Translations under genes and position numbers: made by a program | In this document: positions 42,975-53,418 of the stretch, one piece after another | Layout: every line of letters begins with the position of its first letter | Numbering within the stretch: position 1 is the stretch's first letter | The notes under the pieces: model-generated | The model's database searches: none | What the model was told of the DNA's origin: nothing | What the model saw: only the letters and a program-made list of their open reading frames with translations | From: Trueperaceae bacterium | Lineage (GTDB): Bacteria; Deinococcota; Deinococci; Deinococcales; Trueperaceae | NCBI GenBank assembly: GCA_965213925.1 | Contig: OZ243927.1 | Coordinates: 224,001-288,000, forward strand | Reading direction: 5' to 3' | Length of the DNA stretch: 64,000 nt

Positions 42975-44422
42975 ACGCCACCCGTAAAAATCGACTTCGT
43001 CTCCATGTATTCAAAAATCCCCTCAGACCCCGTTTCGCGTCCGAAGCCGCTGCCCTTGATGCCGCCGAAGGGCGCTTCGGGTGTCGCTGGCAGCCAATCG
43101 TTGATGCAGACCATGCCGTACTCGAGCCCCTCCGACATGCGAATGGAGGTATTGAGGTCATTCGTCAGGACGAAGGCGGCAAGCCCATACTCGGTGTCAT
43201 TCGCAAGCTGCAAGACCTCTTCCCTATCGCTGAACTCGACAACCGGCATGACGGGACCGAAAATCTCTTCGTCGTAGACGGGAACGCCTGGTTTTGCGCC
43301 CGTGACGACGGTAGGTTCGAAGAAGTACCCTCTTCCGTCTCGAGCCTTGCCTCCCGTCAAGACTTCTGCGCCGCTGGATAGGCTCGAGTCCACCAACGCC
43401 GCTACCCGCTCGCGCTGTTTGGCGTTGATGAGCGGACCGACCTCCGTACCTCTTTCCAAACCATGACCCACCGTGAGCGCCTTCGCCGCCTCCGCTGCAC
43501 CCTCCACAAACTCGTCATAGATGGTCTCATGGACAAAAAAGCGTTGCGGCGACACGCAGACCTGCCCGCAGTTGCGCGTCTTCCACGTGACCGCGAGCTT
43601 CGCCGTTCGCGCTACGTCCACATCCGGAAAGACGAGCACAGGCGCGTTGCCGCCGAGTTCTAAGGAGAGCCGCGTCATCGTCTGCGAGGCTCCGTCCATT
43701 AAGAGTTTGCCGACGCGGGGGGAGCCCGTGAACTGAATCTTGCGAACTCTGGCATCTTGCAGCAAAACCTCGCCCATCCCCTCCGGCTCTCCGTTGATGA
43801 GGTTCATCACCCCGGCGGGTGCGCCCCCCTCGTGCAAGGCTTGCGCCAAGAGCATCCCCGTGCGCGGCGTGAACTCGCTCGGACGCCCGACGACGGTGTT
43901 GCCTGCCGCGAGCGCCGCTGCCCACACCCGCACGTTGTTGTAAACGGGAAAGTTCCACGCGGTGATGCTACCGACCACGCCCATCGGCCGATGAATCACC
44001 TGGATGCGGCGGTTGCTGACCCGTGCGGGGACGGTGCGCCCATACGCGCGGACGCCCTCGCCTGCGAACCACTCAAGATACCCCACCGCGCTCGCCCACT
44101 CCGCTTTGGCTTCACCGAGAGGTTTGCCCGACTCCTCTGTTGTGACCCTCGCCAAATCCTCAACGCGCTCCGAAATCCACGCGCCCGCTTTGCGTAAGAC
44201 CTCGGCACGTTTGTATGGATTCGTTTGTGACCAAGCGGGGAAGGCTTCAGCAGCGGCGTCAACGGCTGCCTGTGCATCCTCACGATTTCCAAAAGGAACC
44301 TGCTGAATGACCTCTTCAGTCGCGGGGTCTACGAGGTTCCAGGTGTTGCGGTTGCCCGCGTCCGTCCACTCGCCGCCGATGAGTTGTTTGAAAAAGTAGG
44401 CTTCTTTGGTTTGGACTGCCAT
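42971..44422 (-). CDS. NAD(P)-dependent succinate-semialdehyde dehydrogenase-like aldehyde dehydrogenase
   Basis: WNFP, FTGS, LELGGNAP, GQVCV, EEIFGPV and APFGGIK.SG.GRE. Confidence 0.88.
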   Translation of the reverse strand: MAVQTKEAYFFKQLIGGEWTDAGNRNTWNLVDPATEEVIQQVPFGNREDAQAAVDAAAEAFPAWSQTNPYKRAEVLRKAGAWISERVEDLARVTTEESGKPLGEAKAEWASAVGYLEWFAGEGVRAYGRTVPARVSNRRIQVIHRPMGVVGSITAWNFPVYNNVRVWAAALAAGNTVVGRPSEFTPRTGMLLAQALHEGGAPAGVMNLINGEPEGMGEVLLQDARVRKIQFTGSPRVGKLLMDGASQTMTRLSLELGGNAPVLVFPDVDVARTAKLAVTWKTRNCGQVCVSPQRFFVHETIYDEFVEGAAEAAKALTVGHGLERGTEVGPLINAKQRERVAALVDSSLSSGAEVLTGGKARDGRGYFFEPTVVTGAKPGVPVYDEEIFGPVMPVVEFSDREEVLQLANDTEYGLAAFVLTNDLNTSIRMSEGLEYGMVCINDWLPATPEAPFGGIKGSGFGRETGSEGIFEYMETKSIFTGGV

Positions 44423-44446
44423 GTTATCTCCCTAGTATGAAATCCT

Positions 44447-44860
44447 CTATGCTTGTATAGCGCCGAGTAACTTTTTAGTCCGGTCACTCACGCGGTACCA
44501 GTGAAACATGATGATACAAAGCTCTTTAGTTGCCTCTCCCATAAGTGGAGCAAACACAGGAAGATAAGCAACTTCGTTCGTAATGAGCGCGGGACAAATG
44601 CCTGTAGCAACTGCGTTTCGAGCCTCTTTACCCGTTTCAGTTGCTAAATACTCAAACCAACCAAAAAGTTCTGATAAACGTTGGTGCGCCTCAGCTGTGT
44701 TGTCTTCGGCTAGACGAATGAGAAGCGGAATAACTAAATCTTCAAGGAGAATAATAGCGCCATAATTTGATCTTAGGGACCCATTCATTGTGCCTTGATA
44801 GTTTAGACGTATTTCAGGAATGTGATCGATAATTGCCTTTTCCAATTCTGTGTAAGTCAT
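44447..44860 (-). CDS. Hypothetical protein (AT-richer insert)
   Basis: 137-aa ORF with codon usage unlike the flanking operon genes. Confidence 0.55.
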   Translation of the reverse strand: MTYTELEKAIIDHIPEIRLNYQGTMNGSLRSNYGAIILLEDLVIPLLIRLAEDNTAEAHQRLSELFGWFEYLATETGKEARNAVATGICPALITNEVAYLPVFAPLMGEATKELCIIMFHWYRVSDRTKKLLGAIQA

Positions 44861-44899
44861 AACAACTCAAACTTTACATGCCAATTTCGAAAACTTCGA

Positions 44900-46252
44900 T
44901 TATCCGGTCACAGGCTCTTTCAGCGCCGAGCGCACCGCCTCCCCTAGCACCCCCATCCCCTCATCAATCTCTTCATCCGAGAGATTCAAGGGTGGCAACA
45001 AGCGGATGCAGTTGCTGTAGAGCCCCGCTCGCAAGATAATCAGCCCGCGCTTCAAGGCTTCGGCAGTGATGTCTACCACCTCTTGCGCGGTGAGCGGCTT
45101 CTTCCCCGCTCTATCCCGCACAAATTCCACCGCCAACATCGGACCTAAGCCGCGCACATCACCGACGGATTCATGCTCATTTTGGAGTCCCCGCAGATGC
45201 TCCCGAAAACGTTCCCCGACTTGATTCGCCCTCTCTAAAAACTCCGGCGTATTGATGGTTTTAACCGCTTCAATCGCCGCCGCGCATGTGATGGGATTCC
45301 CGCTGTACGTTCCGCCTAGCCCACCCGGATGCGGCGCGTCCATCAGTTCGGCTCTGCCGATGACCGCTGAAATCGGCATTCCTGCCCCTAGAGACTTCGC
45401 CGTCGTCAAGAGGTCAGGCGTCACGCCGTAGTGCTCCACCGTAAAGAGCTTGCCTGTGCGCCCCATCCCGCACTGAATCTCGTCGGCAACCATCACCATG
45501 CCGTGCTCGGTGCATAACTCGCGGATACGCCTCAAGAACTTGGGCGGCGTCGGCAAAAAGCCGCCTTCGCCCTGGACGGGTTCGATGACCACAGCGGCGA
45601 CGGCGCCCGGGTCCACCTGGGCGATAAAGGCGTGCTCGAGCTGCTCAACCATAAAATCTACATACTGCTCATCCGTCATGCTCTCCGGGCGGCGGTAGAG
45701 GTTCGGGAAAGGTAAACGGTAGACTTCGGGCGCGAAGGGCGCGAAGCCCTTTTTGAAGAGCGCGTACTTGCTCGTCATCGTCAAGGTCAGGTTCGTGCGC
45801 CCGTGATACGCGCCCTCGAAGACGACGATGCCGGGGCGTCCCGTGTACGAGCGGGCGATATTGACCGCCGTCTCCACCGCTTCCGCGCCGCTGCTCATAA
45901 AGGTCGCTTTGGCGTTCCCTTCGATAGGCGAGATAGAGGTTAAAAGCTCAGCAAGTTCGACCATTGGCTCGGAGGTGGCGACGATGCCGCAGGGATGGAT
46001 GACCTTGTTGGCTTGAGCTTTGATCGCGGTGACGACGCTCTCAGGCGTATGCCCAACCGCCAACATGCCGATGCCGCCCGCGAAATCCAAAAGGGTATTG
46101 CCGTCTGCGTCGGTGACGGCTGCGCCGTGGGCACGTTCGACGGCGATAGAGGTAAGTTTGGCTGCACCTCTCGGTGTTACCGCTTCTCTACGGGCGACAA
46201 TCTCACGGCTCTTCGGTCCGGGAATCTCGGTGATGAGGTTGATGGTGGGCAT
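44900..46252 (-). CDS. gabT: 4-aminobutyrate aminotransferase (class III)
   Basis: LDFAGGIG, SGAEAVE, YHGRT, EPVQGEGG, ADEIQCG, TAKSL and GGTYSGNP. Confidence 0.85.
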   Translation of the reverse strand: MPTINLITEIPGPKSREIVARREAVTPRGAAKLTSIAVERAHGAAVTDADGNTLLDFAGGIGMLAVGHTPESVVTAIKAQANKVIHPCGIVATSEPMVELAELLTSISPIEGNAKATFMSSGAEAVETAVNIARSYTGRPGIVVFEGAYHGRTNLTLTMTSKYALFKKGFAPFAPEVYRLPFPNLYRRPESMTDEQYVDFMVEQLEHAFIAQVDPGAVAAVVIEPVQGEGGFLPTPPKFLRRIRELCTEHGMVMVADEIQCGMGRTGKLFTVEHYGVTPDLLTTAKSLGAGMPISAVIGRAELMDAPHPGGLGGTYSGNPITCAAAIEAVKTINTPEFLERANQVGERFREHLRGLQNEHESVGDVRGLGPMLAVEFVRDRAGKKPLTAQEVVDITAEALKRGLIILRAGLYSNCIRLLPPLNLSDEEIDEGMGVLGEAVRSALKEPVTG

Positions 46253-46614
46253 CAGATGCGCCCCGGTTCTTTCACAGTCCGCTCGTTCTCCGTGTTACCT
46301 GTGTTGAGCGTCGTTTTCGGCTCAATCAACATGACCTCGACCTCTTCCTCGGCATAAGGTTGATGCTCCAACCCTCTCGGGATAACGACGAATTCGCCTT
46401 CATGCACCCGCACCTCTTCGCTGCGCAGCCGCATCGTAAAGCTACCTTTGACGACAAAAAAGAGTTCGTCCTCGCGCTCATGGTGATGCCACACGAACGC
46501 ACCTTGAAACTTGACGAGCTTAACCGCAACGTCGTTGACCTCGCCGACGAGTTTAGGATTCCAGTATTCGTTAAAGGAAGCGAACTTTTCACCGAGGTTG
46601 ACCTTTTGAATCAT
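46252..46614 (-). CDS. Cupin domain protein
   Basis: FVWHHHEREDELF..GEFVVIPRGLEHQP. Confidence 0.85.
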   Translation of the reverse strand: MIQKVNLGEKFASFNEYWNPKLVGEVNDVAVKLVKFQGAFVWHHHEREDELFFVVKGSFTMRLRSEEVRVHEGEFVVIPRGLEHQPYAEEEVEVMLIEPKTTLNTGNTENERTVKEPGRI

Positions 46615-46628
46615 AACTCTCCTAACCT

Positions 46629-47900
46629 CTAAGCCGAGACGGGCGCAGCTTGCTTTAACGCCTCTGCAAAAACCTCTAATGCCGCGTTAATCTGCTCAGC
46701 GTTCACCACGAGCGGCGGAATCCAGCGGATGATGTTGCCATACGTCCCGCAAGTTAGCAGCAAGAGGTTTCGCTCGAGGCACGCTTGATGAACGCGCTTG
46801 CACGTCTCGGCATCGGGTTGTCCATTCGAAGAGGTAAACTCCGTCCCGACCATGAGCCCGCGTCCGCGCACGTCGCCCAAAACGGGATGGTCGCGTTGCA
46901 ACTCGAGCAAGCCCCTCATCAACCGCTCGCCCATCTCGGCGGCGTTCTCAGGTAGCTTCTCTTCGACCATCACCTCTACGGTTGCTTTCGCCGCCGCAAG
47001 CGGGATGGCGCTGCCGCCGCCGTAGGTGCCGCCGTGTGTGCCCGTTTGCCACCTGCTCATGAGGTCGCGGCTTGCAGCAATCCCCGAAATCGGCAGTCCG
47101 CTCCCCAACCCTTTCGCCATCACGACGATGTCAGGGCGCACGTCCGCGTGCTCGAAACAAAACATCTTCCCCGTCCGCCCAAACCCGGTCTGCACCTCAT
47201 CCATCACCAGCATAATGCCGTACTCGTCGCACACGCGGCGCAGTTCGTGAAGGAAGGGGAGCGGCGCGGGCACGTAGCCCCCTTCGCCCAAAATCGGCTC
47301 GATCATGATCGCGGCGGTCTCATCGGGTGCGGTTTGGGATTTCAAGAGGTGCTCCAGCTGCCGTACACAAAACTCTACTGTCGCCTCGTCGTCCCAGCCA
47401 TAGAAGTAGGAGTAAGGATACGGCGCGACGAAGACGCCGCCCGGCAGAGGTTGATACTGATGGCGGTAAACCGTCTTCGAGGTCGTCATCGCCATCGCCT
47501 GCGCGGTGCGCCCGTGAAAGCTGCCCTGAAAGACGATGACATTGGTACGCCCTGTCGCGTGCCGCGCCAGTTTGAGTGCGCCCTCGGTGGCTTCCGCGCC
47601 GCTGTTCGAGAAGAAGAAGGAGTCGATGCCCGTGGGCATGAGCGGTGCGAGGGCGTCGGTGAGTTCCAGCGCAGCAGGCGACACGACGATGTTCATCTGT
47701 CCGAAGAGGAGCTTTTCGGCTTGGTCTTGAATCGCTTTGACGACTTTTGGATGACAGTGACCTGTATTTGTCACGCCGATGCCCGAGGTGAAGTCGGTGT
47801 AGCGGGTGCCGTTTTGTTCGTAGAGGTAGATGCCTTCGGCGCGGGTAGGCTGGATATAGGTGAGGTGGGTCCAGACGGGTGAGAGGTGGTTGAGTGCCAT
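46629..47900 (-). CDS. Class III PLP aminotransferase (GabT/putrescine aminotransferase-like)
   Basis: DFTSGIGV, NSGAEA, FHGRT, EPILGEGG, DEVQTGFGRTG and MAKGL. Confidence 0.88.
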   Translation of the reverse strand: MALNHLSPVWTHLTYIQPTRAEGIYLYEQNGTRYTDFTSGIGVTNTGHCHPKVVKAIQDQAEKLLFGQMNIVVSPAALELTDALAPLMPTGIDSFFFSNSGAEATEGALKLARHATGRTNVIVFQGSFHGRTAQAMAMTTSKTVYRHQYQPLPGGVFVAPYPYSYFYGWDDEATVEFCVRQLEHLLKSQTAPDETAAIMIEPILGEGGYVPAPLPFLHELRRVCDEYGIMLVMDEVQTGFGRTGKMFCFEHADVRPDIVVMAKGLGSGLPISGIAASRDLMSRWQTGTHGGTYGGGSAIPLAAAKATVEVMVEEKLPENAAEMGERLMRGLLELQRDHPVLGDVRGRGLMVGTEFTSSNGQPDAETCKRVHQACLERNLLLLTCGTYGNIIRWIPPLVVNAEQINAALEVFAEALKQAAPVSA

Positions 47901-47935
47901 GCTGACCTTCTTTCGCTGAAATAACGACTATTTCT

Positions 47936-48667
47936 CTACATACTACGCTCTAAATAGACGGTGTCTCCAACCTTGACGTTCCCCAACTTCAAAACCGAGC
48001 CGTAAACGCCAGCACACGCTTGCATCGTCCTGGCAACCTCTTTCAAAATTTTTGGGTTGTTTTCGCCGCTTTCAGGCTCGAGCCCAATCATTACACAACG
48101 CTTCGTTCGGTGACTGACGTTGATTGTCGCGGGGTCTGAACGGTTGCCGAAGGTAAGGGAAGCGTTTAGCCACCCTGTTTCGGGTTCTTCGTCTATATCC
48201 TCAGTTTGAACGATGAGGTTTGCGCGGAAGCGGCGGGGGTCTAAGGGTTCGTCTAAAGTGCGCTGGAGGGTCTCGAGTGTCTCAGTTGTCATCAGCGACA
48301 CAGGCATAGCGTCGTAAGTGCCCCGGTTCAGATGAAGAAGAGAAATATCTCCGCCGTAGTCAGTGGCTAAGGCTTGTTTTAGCTCGGGGGACTCAAGAGG
48401 TAGCGTTTGTCCAGAAGGCGTGTAAACGCAAATATCCGACTTCATGGGTTCATCTGGAGAAGCAAAATGAGGTTCGTACTGTAACAGTTGAGGCAGCTCG
48501 CGCCCCGTTAGCCAGGGGAAGCTCGAGTTCGTGTCTGTTCTTACGAAGGCACACTTTCTGTCACCATTTAAGCCGTACCAATAAAGCGTCGCTTCGGAGA
48601 CAGAAACACCCTGCATAGATTTCACGGGGTAGAGGTTGACCTCTTTGACGATGCCGATAGGTTTCAT
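47936..48667 (-). CDS. MOSC domain protein
   Basis: LYPVKSMQG, GDR, RRFRANL and RCVM. Confidence 0.85.
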   Translation of the reverse strand: MKPIGIVKEVNLYPVKSMQGVSVSEATLYWYGLNGDRKCAFVRTDTNSSFPWLTGRELPQLLQYEPHFASPDEPMKSDICVYTPSGQTLPLESPELKQALATDYGGDISLLHLNRGTYDAMPVSLMTTETLETLQRTLDEPLDPRRFRANLIVQTEDIDEEPETGWLNASLTFGNRSDPATINVSHRTKRCVMIGLEPESGENNPKILKEVARTMQACAGVYGSVLKLGNVKVGDTVYLERSM

Positions 48668-48676
48668 ATGCCTACT

Positions 48677-50038
48677 TTACGCCTCTAAATCCCGTTTCTC
48701 CTTCAACACGGCTTGCTTGCGCTTTTCCACTGACCTCTCTCGAGGCGCGTCCACCTCCGCCGCAATGGGCGCAACCACATCCCCCTCATAGCTCAGCAGC
48801 TCGGCGGCGGCGCGTCTGCCGCTCAGCAGTGCGCCGTGGACAGTCGCCGCGCGGTGCTCGGGTTCGGTGGCTTCGCCCGCCCAGTAGAGCGGCGGTGTGG
48901 GCGTCGCGAGGCGCTGACGCGCACCTTCGTGACCGGGGAGGACGTAGCTGTAACCCCCTCTCACAAAGGGGTCAGCGCACCAGTTGACGAGTTGCGCGGT
49001 CTCTGCTACGAGGTCGGGTCGCTCCAGTTCCTCGCGCAAAGAGGTCAGCGCGTATTCAAGCGCTCCCTCTTCACCCATCGCGAGCAGCTCCGAGGCTTTG
49101 TCACCGGAGACGAACGCGGTCCAGATGTTCTCGTCTGTGTCCTGACCGAACGAGGGCGACCACCACATGGGCGGGTTGAGGCGGCTGTAGATCGCCATGA
49201 CCTCTTCTGAAACGATGGGCTCGCTGAATTTGTAGATGAGCTTAATGACCGGACCCATGCGCAAGCCTGCGAGGGCGGAGCGCTTGAAGTCGGGCAAGCC
49301 TGGGCTAAAGGTGAGGTGTCCTTGTAAGACACCTAGAGGTACAGCGATGACGGCGTTGTCCGCGTGGTACCGGCGTCCTGTCGTGGTTTTAACTTCAACG
49401 TTACCGCTCGCTGACCAGATGACCTCTTGGACAGGCGTCTCGAGGTGAATCTCCGTTCCCTCCGCCAAGCCTTGAACGAGTTCACCGTAGCCACCCAAAA
49501 GCCGGTAGTCTCCTAAGCCGCTCTCTTGCCCTTTATCGCGCAGCATGTCTAAAATCGCCTTCGCGCTCACCATGCGCATCGACTCGCCGCAGGCGTTCGA
49601 AAACGAACGCGCCACGTAGCGCAGTTGCTCTCTGGAGAAGCCGATGCGCGTCAGATAGTCATGCCAGCATTCGAAGGGTAGAGGCTCCTCTTCGGGCAGC
49701 GCCCACGTCCGGGTCTGGTTGAAGTCGGGATACGTGCTCTTGGCTTCTGCCATCGTCAGCCACGCGCCGTCTTCTAACCTCACCAATGAGTCTTCCGTCT
49801 TGCGCCAGTGGAGCGTCTCTAGGTTCAGTTCTCGGATGAGGTCCCACGTCGCCGCGCGGTCGCCGTGGATGAATTCCGCGCCGAGTTCGACGGGAACGTC
49901 CGCAAAATCATAAGAGGTGTGCGTGCGTCCGCCGACGCGGTCCTTAGCCTCTAAGACCACCACCTCTTCCCCCGCTTGCATGAGAGCGCGCGCCGCCGCC
50001 AACCCTGCCACCCCTGCGCTGATGACGAGCGTGCTCAT
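48677..50038 (-). CDS. Flavin-containing amine oxidase (polyamine/monoamine oxidase family)
   Basis: AG.AGL.AA, LEAKDRVGGR, ELGAEFIHG, GGYS, AGEAT and TVHGALLSGRRAA. Confidence 0.88.
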   Translation of the reverse strand: MSTLVISAGVAGLAAARALMQAGEEVVVLEAKDRVGGRTHTSYDFADVPVELGAEFIHGDRAATWDLIRELNLETLHWRKTEDSLVRLEDGAWLTMAEAKSTYPDFNQTRTWALPEEEPLPFECWHDYLTRIGFSREQLRYVARSFSNACGESMRMVSAKAILDMLRDKGQESGLGDYRLLGGYGELVQGLAEGTEIHLETPVQEVIWSASGNVEVKTTTGRRYHADNAVIAVPLGVLQGHLTFSPGLPDFKRSALAGLRMGPVIKLIYKFSEPIVSEEVMAIYSRLNPPMWWSPSFGQDTDENIWTAFVSGDKASELLAMGEEGALEYALTSLREELERPDLVAETAQLVNWCADPFVRGGYSYVLPGHEGARQRLATPTPPLYWAGEATEPEHRAATVHGALLSGRRAAAELLSYEGDVVAPIAAEVDAPRERSVEKRKQAVLKEKRDLEA

Positions 50039-50772
50039 AAATGCGCGGGTCGAACGCTAGACTTGGCTGCTGGTCTCACTTTCTTATGCTTGGGTGCTTC
50101 CCAGACGATGAGCATCCCGGTGTGCGACGCTTGCGCGTCCCAGGCGTAGTTTTCGATGATTCTCACGGGCTTAAAGCCTTTGCGCATCTGCACGCTCACG
50201 GTGGGATCGAAGAGTTCGCCGCGCATGACTTTATCCGCATATTCGCGCACCGACATTTCACGTTTATAGTGTTGATACCCCTTGAGCATCCCGCCTGCGT
50301 AGATGCCGCAGAGCCGCAAACGCTTGACTAAATCGAACTGCGCCTTGTAGAGCGCCGAGCCGATGCCTATGCCCTGAAAGTCGGGGTGGACCGCCTTTTC
50401 GACGCCGTAGAGCCAGCAGCCGCTATCATCGTGGTTGGCGAGCGTAAGGTCGCCGATGACCTCGTCCCAGGGAAGAGGTTTTCCAGTCGGGTCGTAGCTG
50501 GTGCGCAGCGACAGCGCGACGCCGATGACTTTTTCTTGCCCGTCTACATCCGCCACCGCGATGAGCTGACCCTCAGCGAAGCGCGTCAAGAGACCCCGCC
50601 AATCTTTGAGCCCGAAGACGCCGGAGATATTCATCGCAGGGTCGAAGAGGTTGGCGAAGCAGATGACCTCGTAGACGCCGCGCCCGTGCTTGGGCTCAGC
50701 TTGGATAATGCGGTAGTTCGCTTTAGGTTTTTTAGTAGTAACTAGATTCGTAAGACTCGAGGCTTGTTCCAT
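50035..50772 (-). CDS. GNAT family N-acetyltransferase
   Basis: F.EGQ, WLYGVE.AVHPDFQGIGIGSALY and FDPTVSVQMRKGF. Confidence 0.8.
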   Translation of the reverse strand: MEQASSLTNLVTTKKPKANYRIIQAEPKHGRGVYEVICFANLFDPAMNISGVFGLKDWRGLLTRFAEGQLIAVADVDGQEKVIGVALSLRTSYDPTGKPLPWDEVIGDLTLANHDDSGCWLYGVEKAVHPDFQGIGIGSALYKAQFDLVKRLRLCGIYAGGMLKGYQHYKREMSVREYADKVMRGELFDPTVSVQMRKGFKPVRIIENYAWDAQASHTGMLIVWEAPKHKKVRPAAKSSVRPAHL

Positions 50773-50801
50773 AACGTCTGTTTAAGACAACTGGAACGTT
50801 G

Positions 50802-50915
50802 TAGCAGGTATCAAAGTCTGTCTCACTCCGTTCGGAGCTGGTCACGAGCGCACTCACTTTGTAGAACATCACCTAGCACATACGCTAAATGATACTTACG
50901 TGATACAAGCTCAGT
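50802..50915 (-). repeat. Copy of the CACGTAAGTATCAT...GATACCTGCT element with an internal extra hairpin
   Basis: Minus strand cactgagcttgtatcacgtaagtatcatt ... gtgaccag[ctccgaacggag...]tgatacctgcta. Confidence 0.7.
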
Positions 50916-51372
50916 GACTTCGAAAAGATACAACTACCTCGGTGCGTAATACAGACGTGCAACGCACCGAAACGCTCATCGTAATGAGTTCGTTACAAAT
51001 TGGGAAAAACGAAAAGACGATAGGGTGAGTTTGTTGTCCTCAGCTCACACGAAGATAGGCCGGAACACTGCTCGAGTAATTCTCGGTATCTCTTCTCCTG
51101 ATCGGTTTCTGCTTCTCCACAACCTTCACGCGAGAGGTTTCCTCCCGAAACACAAACGGTTTCATTTGGCTAACTCACACTGCAGGGTTGTCTTGAAACT
51201 TTCACGCTCCCTTTAACTCGTCTTAGGTGAGTATAGCACGGGGTTTGCAGTTCTGTGAAGGGGGAGAGCACAGCGGAGCGTTTTAGAGTGAAAAAGTAGC
51301 CAGAATTCAGTAGTCAGTAGTTTTTTATGCCGACGACTGACTACTACACTGTTAAGCAAGGAACGCGGCACT

Positions 51373-51559
51373 GTTGTCACCCTGTTCACGAAGTAGCCAG
51401 TGGGAACGCAGTGACGCGAAGCTTCGGCGAAGGCGTAAGGGTCTCGGTTGACTACGTCAAAACTTCGTAACTCGCAATCTCTGTTAGAGGAGTCAGCAAG
51501 GTCAGAGATTCTTACGCTCCACGGAGCCTGCCCTGGTGAGGGTTCCGCTCAGAATGACA
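51373..51559. repeat. TGTCA(C/T)CCTG...CAGAATGACA REP-like composite element
   Basis: Terminal tgtcaccctg / cagaatgaca; shares ctgttcacgaagt and cacggagcctg with 36972-37078. Confidence 0.65.
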
Positions 51560-51653
51560 TGGTTCATTTTTTAGTTTACGGTGTACTACCCTCGAGAGAG
51601 CAACCCTAGCGAATGCACCACGCTTACCGCTTGCACGTAATAAGATATCCCCT

Positions 51654-52499
51654 ATGAACGAGCGCAAGGGGTTTCGGTTAGCCTTTCCAGGTATCTTCTG
51701 GCTCACAGTCTTTTTCATGTTGCCGCTGCTTTTCGTGTTGGCGGCGAGTTTCATGTCGAGCGGTCTAAGCGGTTCGCCGCAACTTCCGCTGACGCTAGAA
51801 CATTACGTGCGCACCTTCGACACCTTCGGCGTTATCGTGTGGCGGAGCTTGCGCATCGCCCTCTATACGACGCTCTGGTGCTTGGTGCTCGGCTATCCGC
51901 TCGCCTTTTTCATCGCCACGCGCAAAAACGCGGCGCTGCGCCTTATGCTCCTCTTTCTCATCCTCTTGCCTTTCTGGACGAACTTCTTAGTGCGCACCTA
52001 CGCGCTCAAGTCCATCCTCGGACCCGACGGCATCATCAACACGCTGCTAGCGAACCTCTCACTTGTGACACAGCCCTTAGAGTTACTCTTCACGCCCTTC
52101 GCCGTCATTCTAGGGCTCGTTTACGGCTACCTCCCTTTTATGGTGCTGCCGGTTTATGCGGCGGTGGAGCGCCTGGACTTCCGCTTCGTCGAAGCGGCTT
52201 ATGACCTCGGCGCGAACGACTGGCACGCCTTCTGGCGCGTCGTGTTTCCGCTTACACTGCCCGGCGTAGTCGCGGGCTCGATGCTCGTCTTTATCCCGTC
52301 TATAGGCTCGTTTATCACGCCCGACCTCTTGGGCGGCACGCGCGGGCTGATGATCGGCAACCTTATCGCGCGGCAGTTCGGCGGGCGCAATAACATCACG
52401 CTCGGCTCGGCGATTTCTATCGTGCTCATCGTGTTGGTGCTCATTGGCGTTGTCATCTATATACGTTACGGACAAGAGAGGCAGGGGGAAGGTGGCTGA
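51654..52499 (+). CDS. potB: Spermidine/putrescine ABC permease
   Basis: LPFWTNFLVRTY, YLPFMVLP.Y and EAAYDLGA. Confidence 0.85.
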   Translation: MNERKGFRLAFPGIFWLTVFFMLPLLFVLAASFMSSGLSGSPQLPLTLEHYVRTFDTFGVIVWRSLRIALYTTLWCLVLGYPLAFFIATRKNAALRLMLLFLILLPFWTNFLVRTYALKSILGPDGIINTLLANLSLVTQPLELLFTPFAVILGLVYGYLPFMVLPVYAAVERLDFRFVEAAYDLGANDWHAFWRVVFPLTLPGVVAGSMLVFIPSIGSFITPDLLGGTRGLMIGNLIARQFGGRNNITLGSAISIVLIVLVLIGVVIYIRYGQERQGEGG

Positions 52500-53418
52500 C
52501 ACTCCACGCGACACCTCTTTAAGCGCGCAGCAATCCGCTGACATGCGCATTGACCAAAGCAAGCTGCGCCGCGACCTCTTCGTGCGCAAGCTCGGCAAAG
52601 TCGGGCTTTTCGTCACGCCCCTCGCCGCTTACTTTTTTCTGTGGGCTCCTATCGTCGTCTTAATCGTCTTTTCGTTTAACGACGCGCCCTCGGTCTCGGT
52701 CTGGCGCGGTTTCACGCTCAGGTGGTACGAGAATATCTTCGCGGCGGGCTCGGGCGAGGCGAGTTTTACGACGACGAAACTTCTGTCCTCGCTCGGCAAC
52801 TCGCTCATCGTGGCGTTTAGTGCGTCCCTTATCGCGACCGTCATCGGGACGATGCTGGCACTCGCCATTCACCGCGGCAACTTTCCAGGTAAGAACATTA
52901 TCGACGCGCTGCTCTACGTCCCCGTGGTCATCCCTGAAATTACACAGGGCGTGTCGCTCGCCATCTTCTTTAGCATCTTGTTCGACTATTTGCAAAATCT
53001 GACAGGCGGGGAGCGGCTCTCGCTCGGCTTTGGCACGATTATTATCGCGCACGTGGCGTTCAATATCTCGTACGTCGTTATCGTGGTGCGGGCGCGGCTA
53101 GCGACGATGAGTAGCAACTTGGAAGAAGCCGCCAATGACCTCGGTGCGAACAACGTTCAGACGTTCTGGCGTATCACCTTTCCGCTCCTTTTGCCCGGCA
53201 TCATGGCGGGTGCGCTGCTCGCGCTGACGCTCTCGCTAGACGACTACGTGGTGACCTTCTTTACCAAAGGCATCGGCGACGATACGCTGCCGATTTTCGT
53301 TTACGGGCTCCTCAAGCAACGCGTGTCGCCAGAAATCAACGCGATTTCGACCTTAATGATTTTGGTTTCGACGGTGCTGATTGGGATCTCTTTGGCGTTG
53401 CAGCGGGGGAACCAGTAG
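52492..53418 (+). CDS. potC: Spermidine/putrescine ABC permease
   Basis: FSFN, GFTLRWY, IPEI, LEEAANDLGA, SLDDYVVTFF and PEINA; start estimated. Confidence 0.85.
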   Translation: MADTPRDTSLSAQQSADMRIDQSKLRRDLFVRKLGKVGLFVTPLAAYFFLWAPIVVLIVFSFNDAPSVSVWRGFTLRWYENIFAAGSGEASFTTTKLLSSLGNSLIVAFSASLIATVIGTMLALAIHRGNFPGKNIIDALLYVPVVIPEITQGVSLAIFFSILFDYLQNLTGGERLSLGFGTIIIAHVAFNISYVVIVVRARLATMSSNLEEAANDLGANNVQTFWRITFPLLLPGIMAGALLALTLSLDDYVVTFFTKGIGDDTLPIFVYGLLKQRVSPEINAISTLMILVSTVLIGISLALQRGNQ

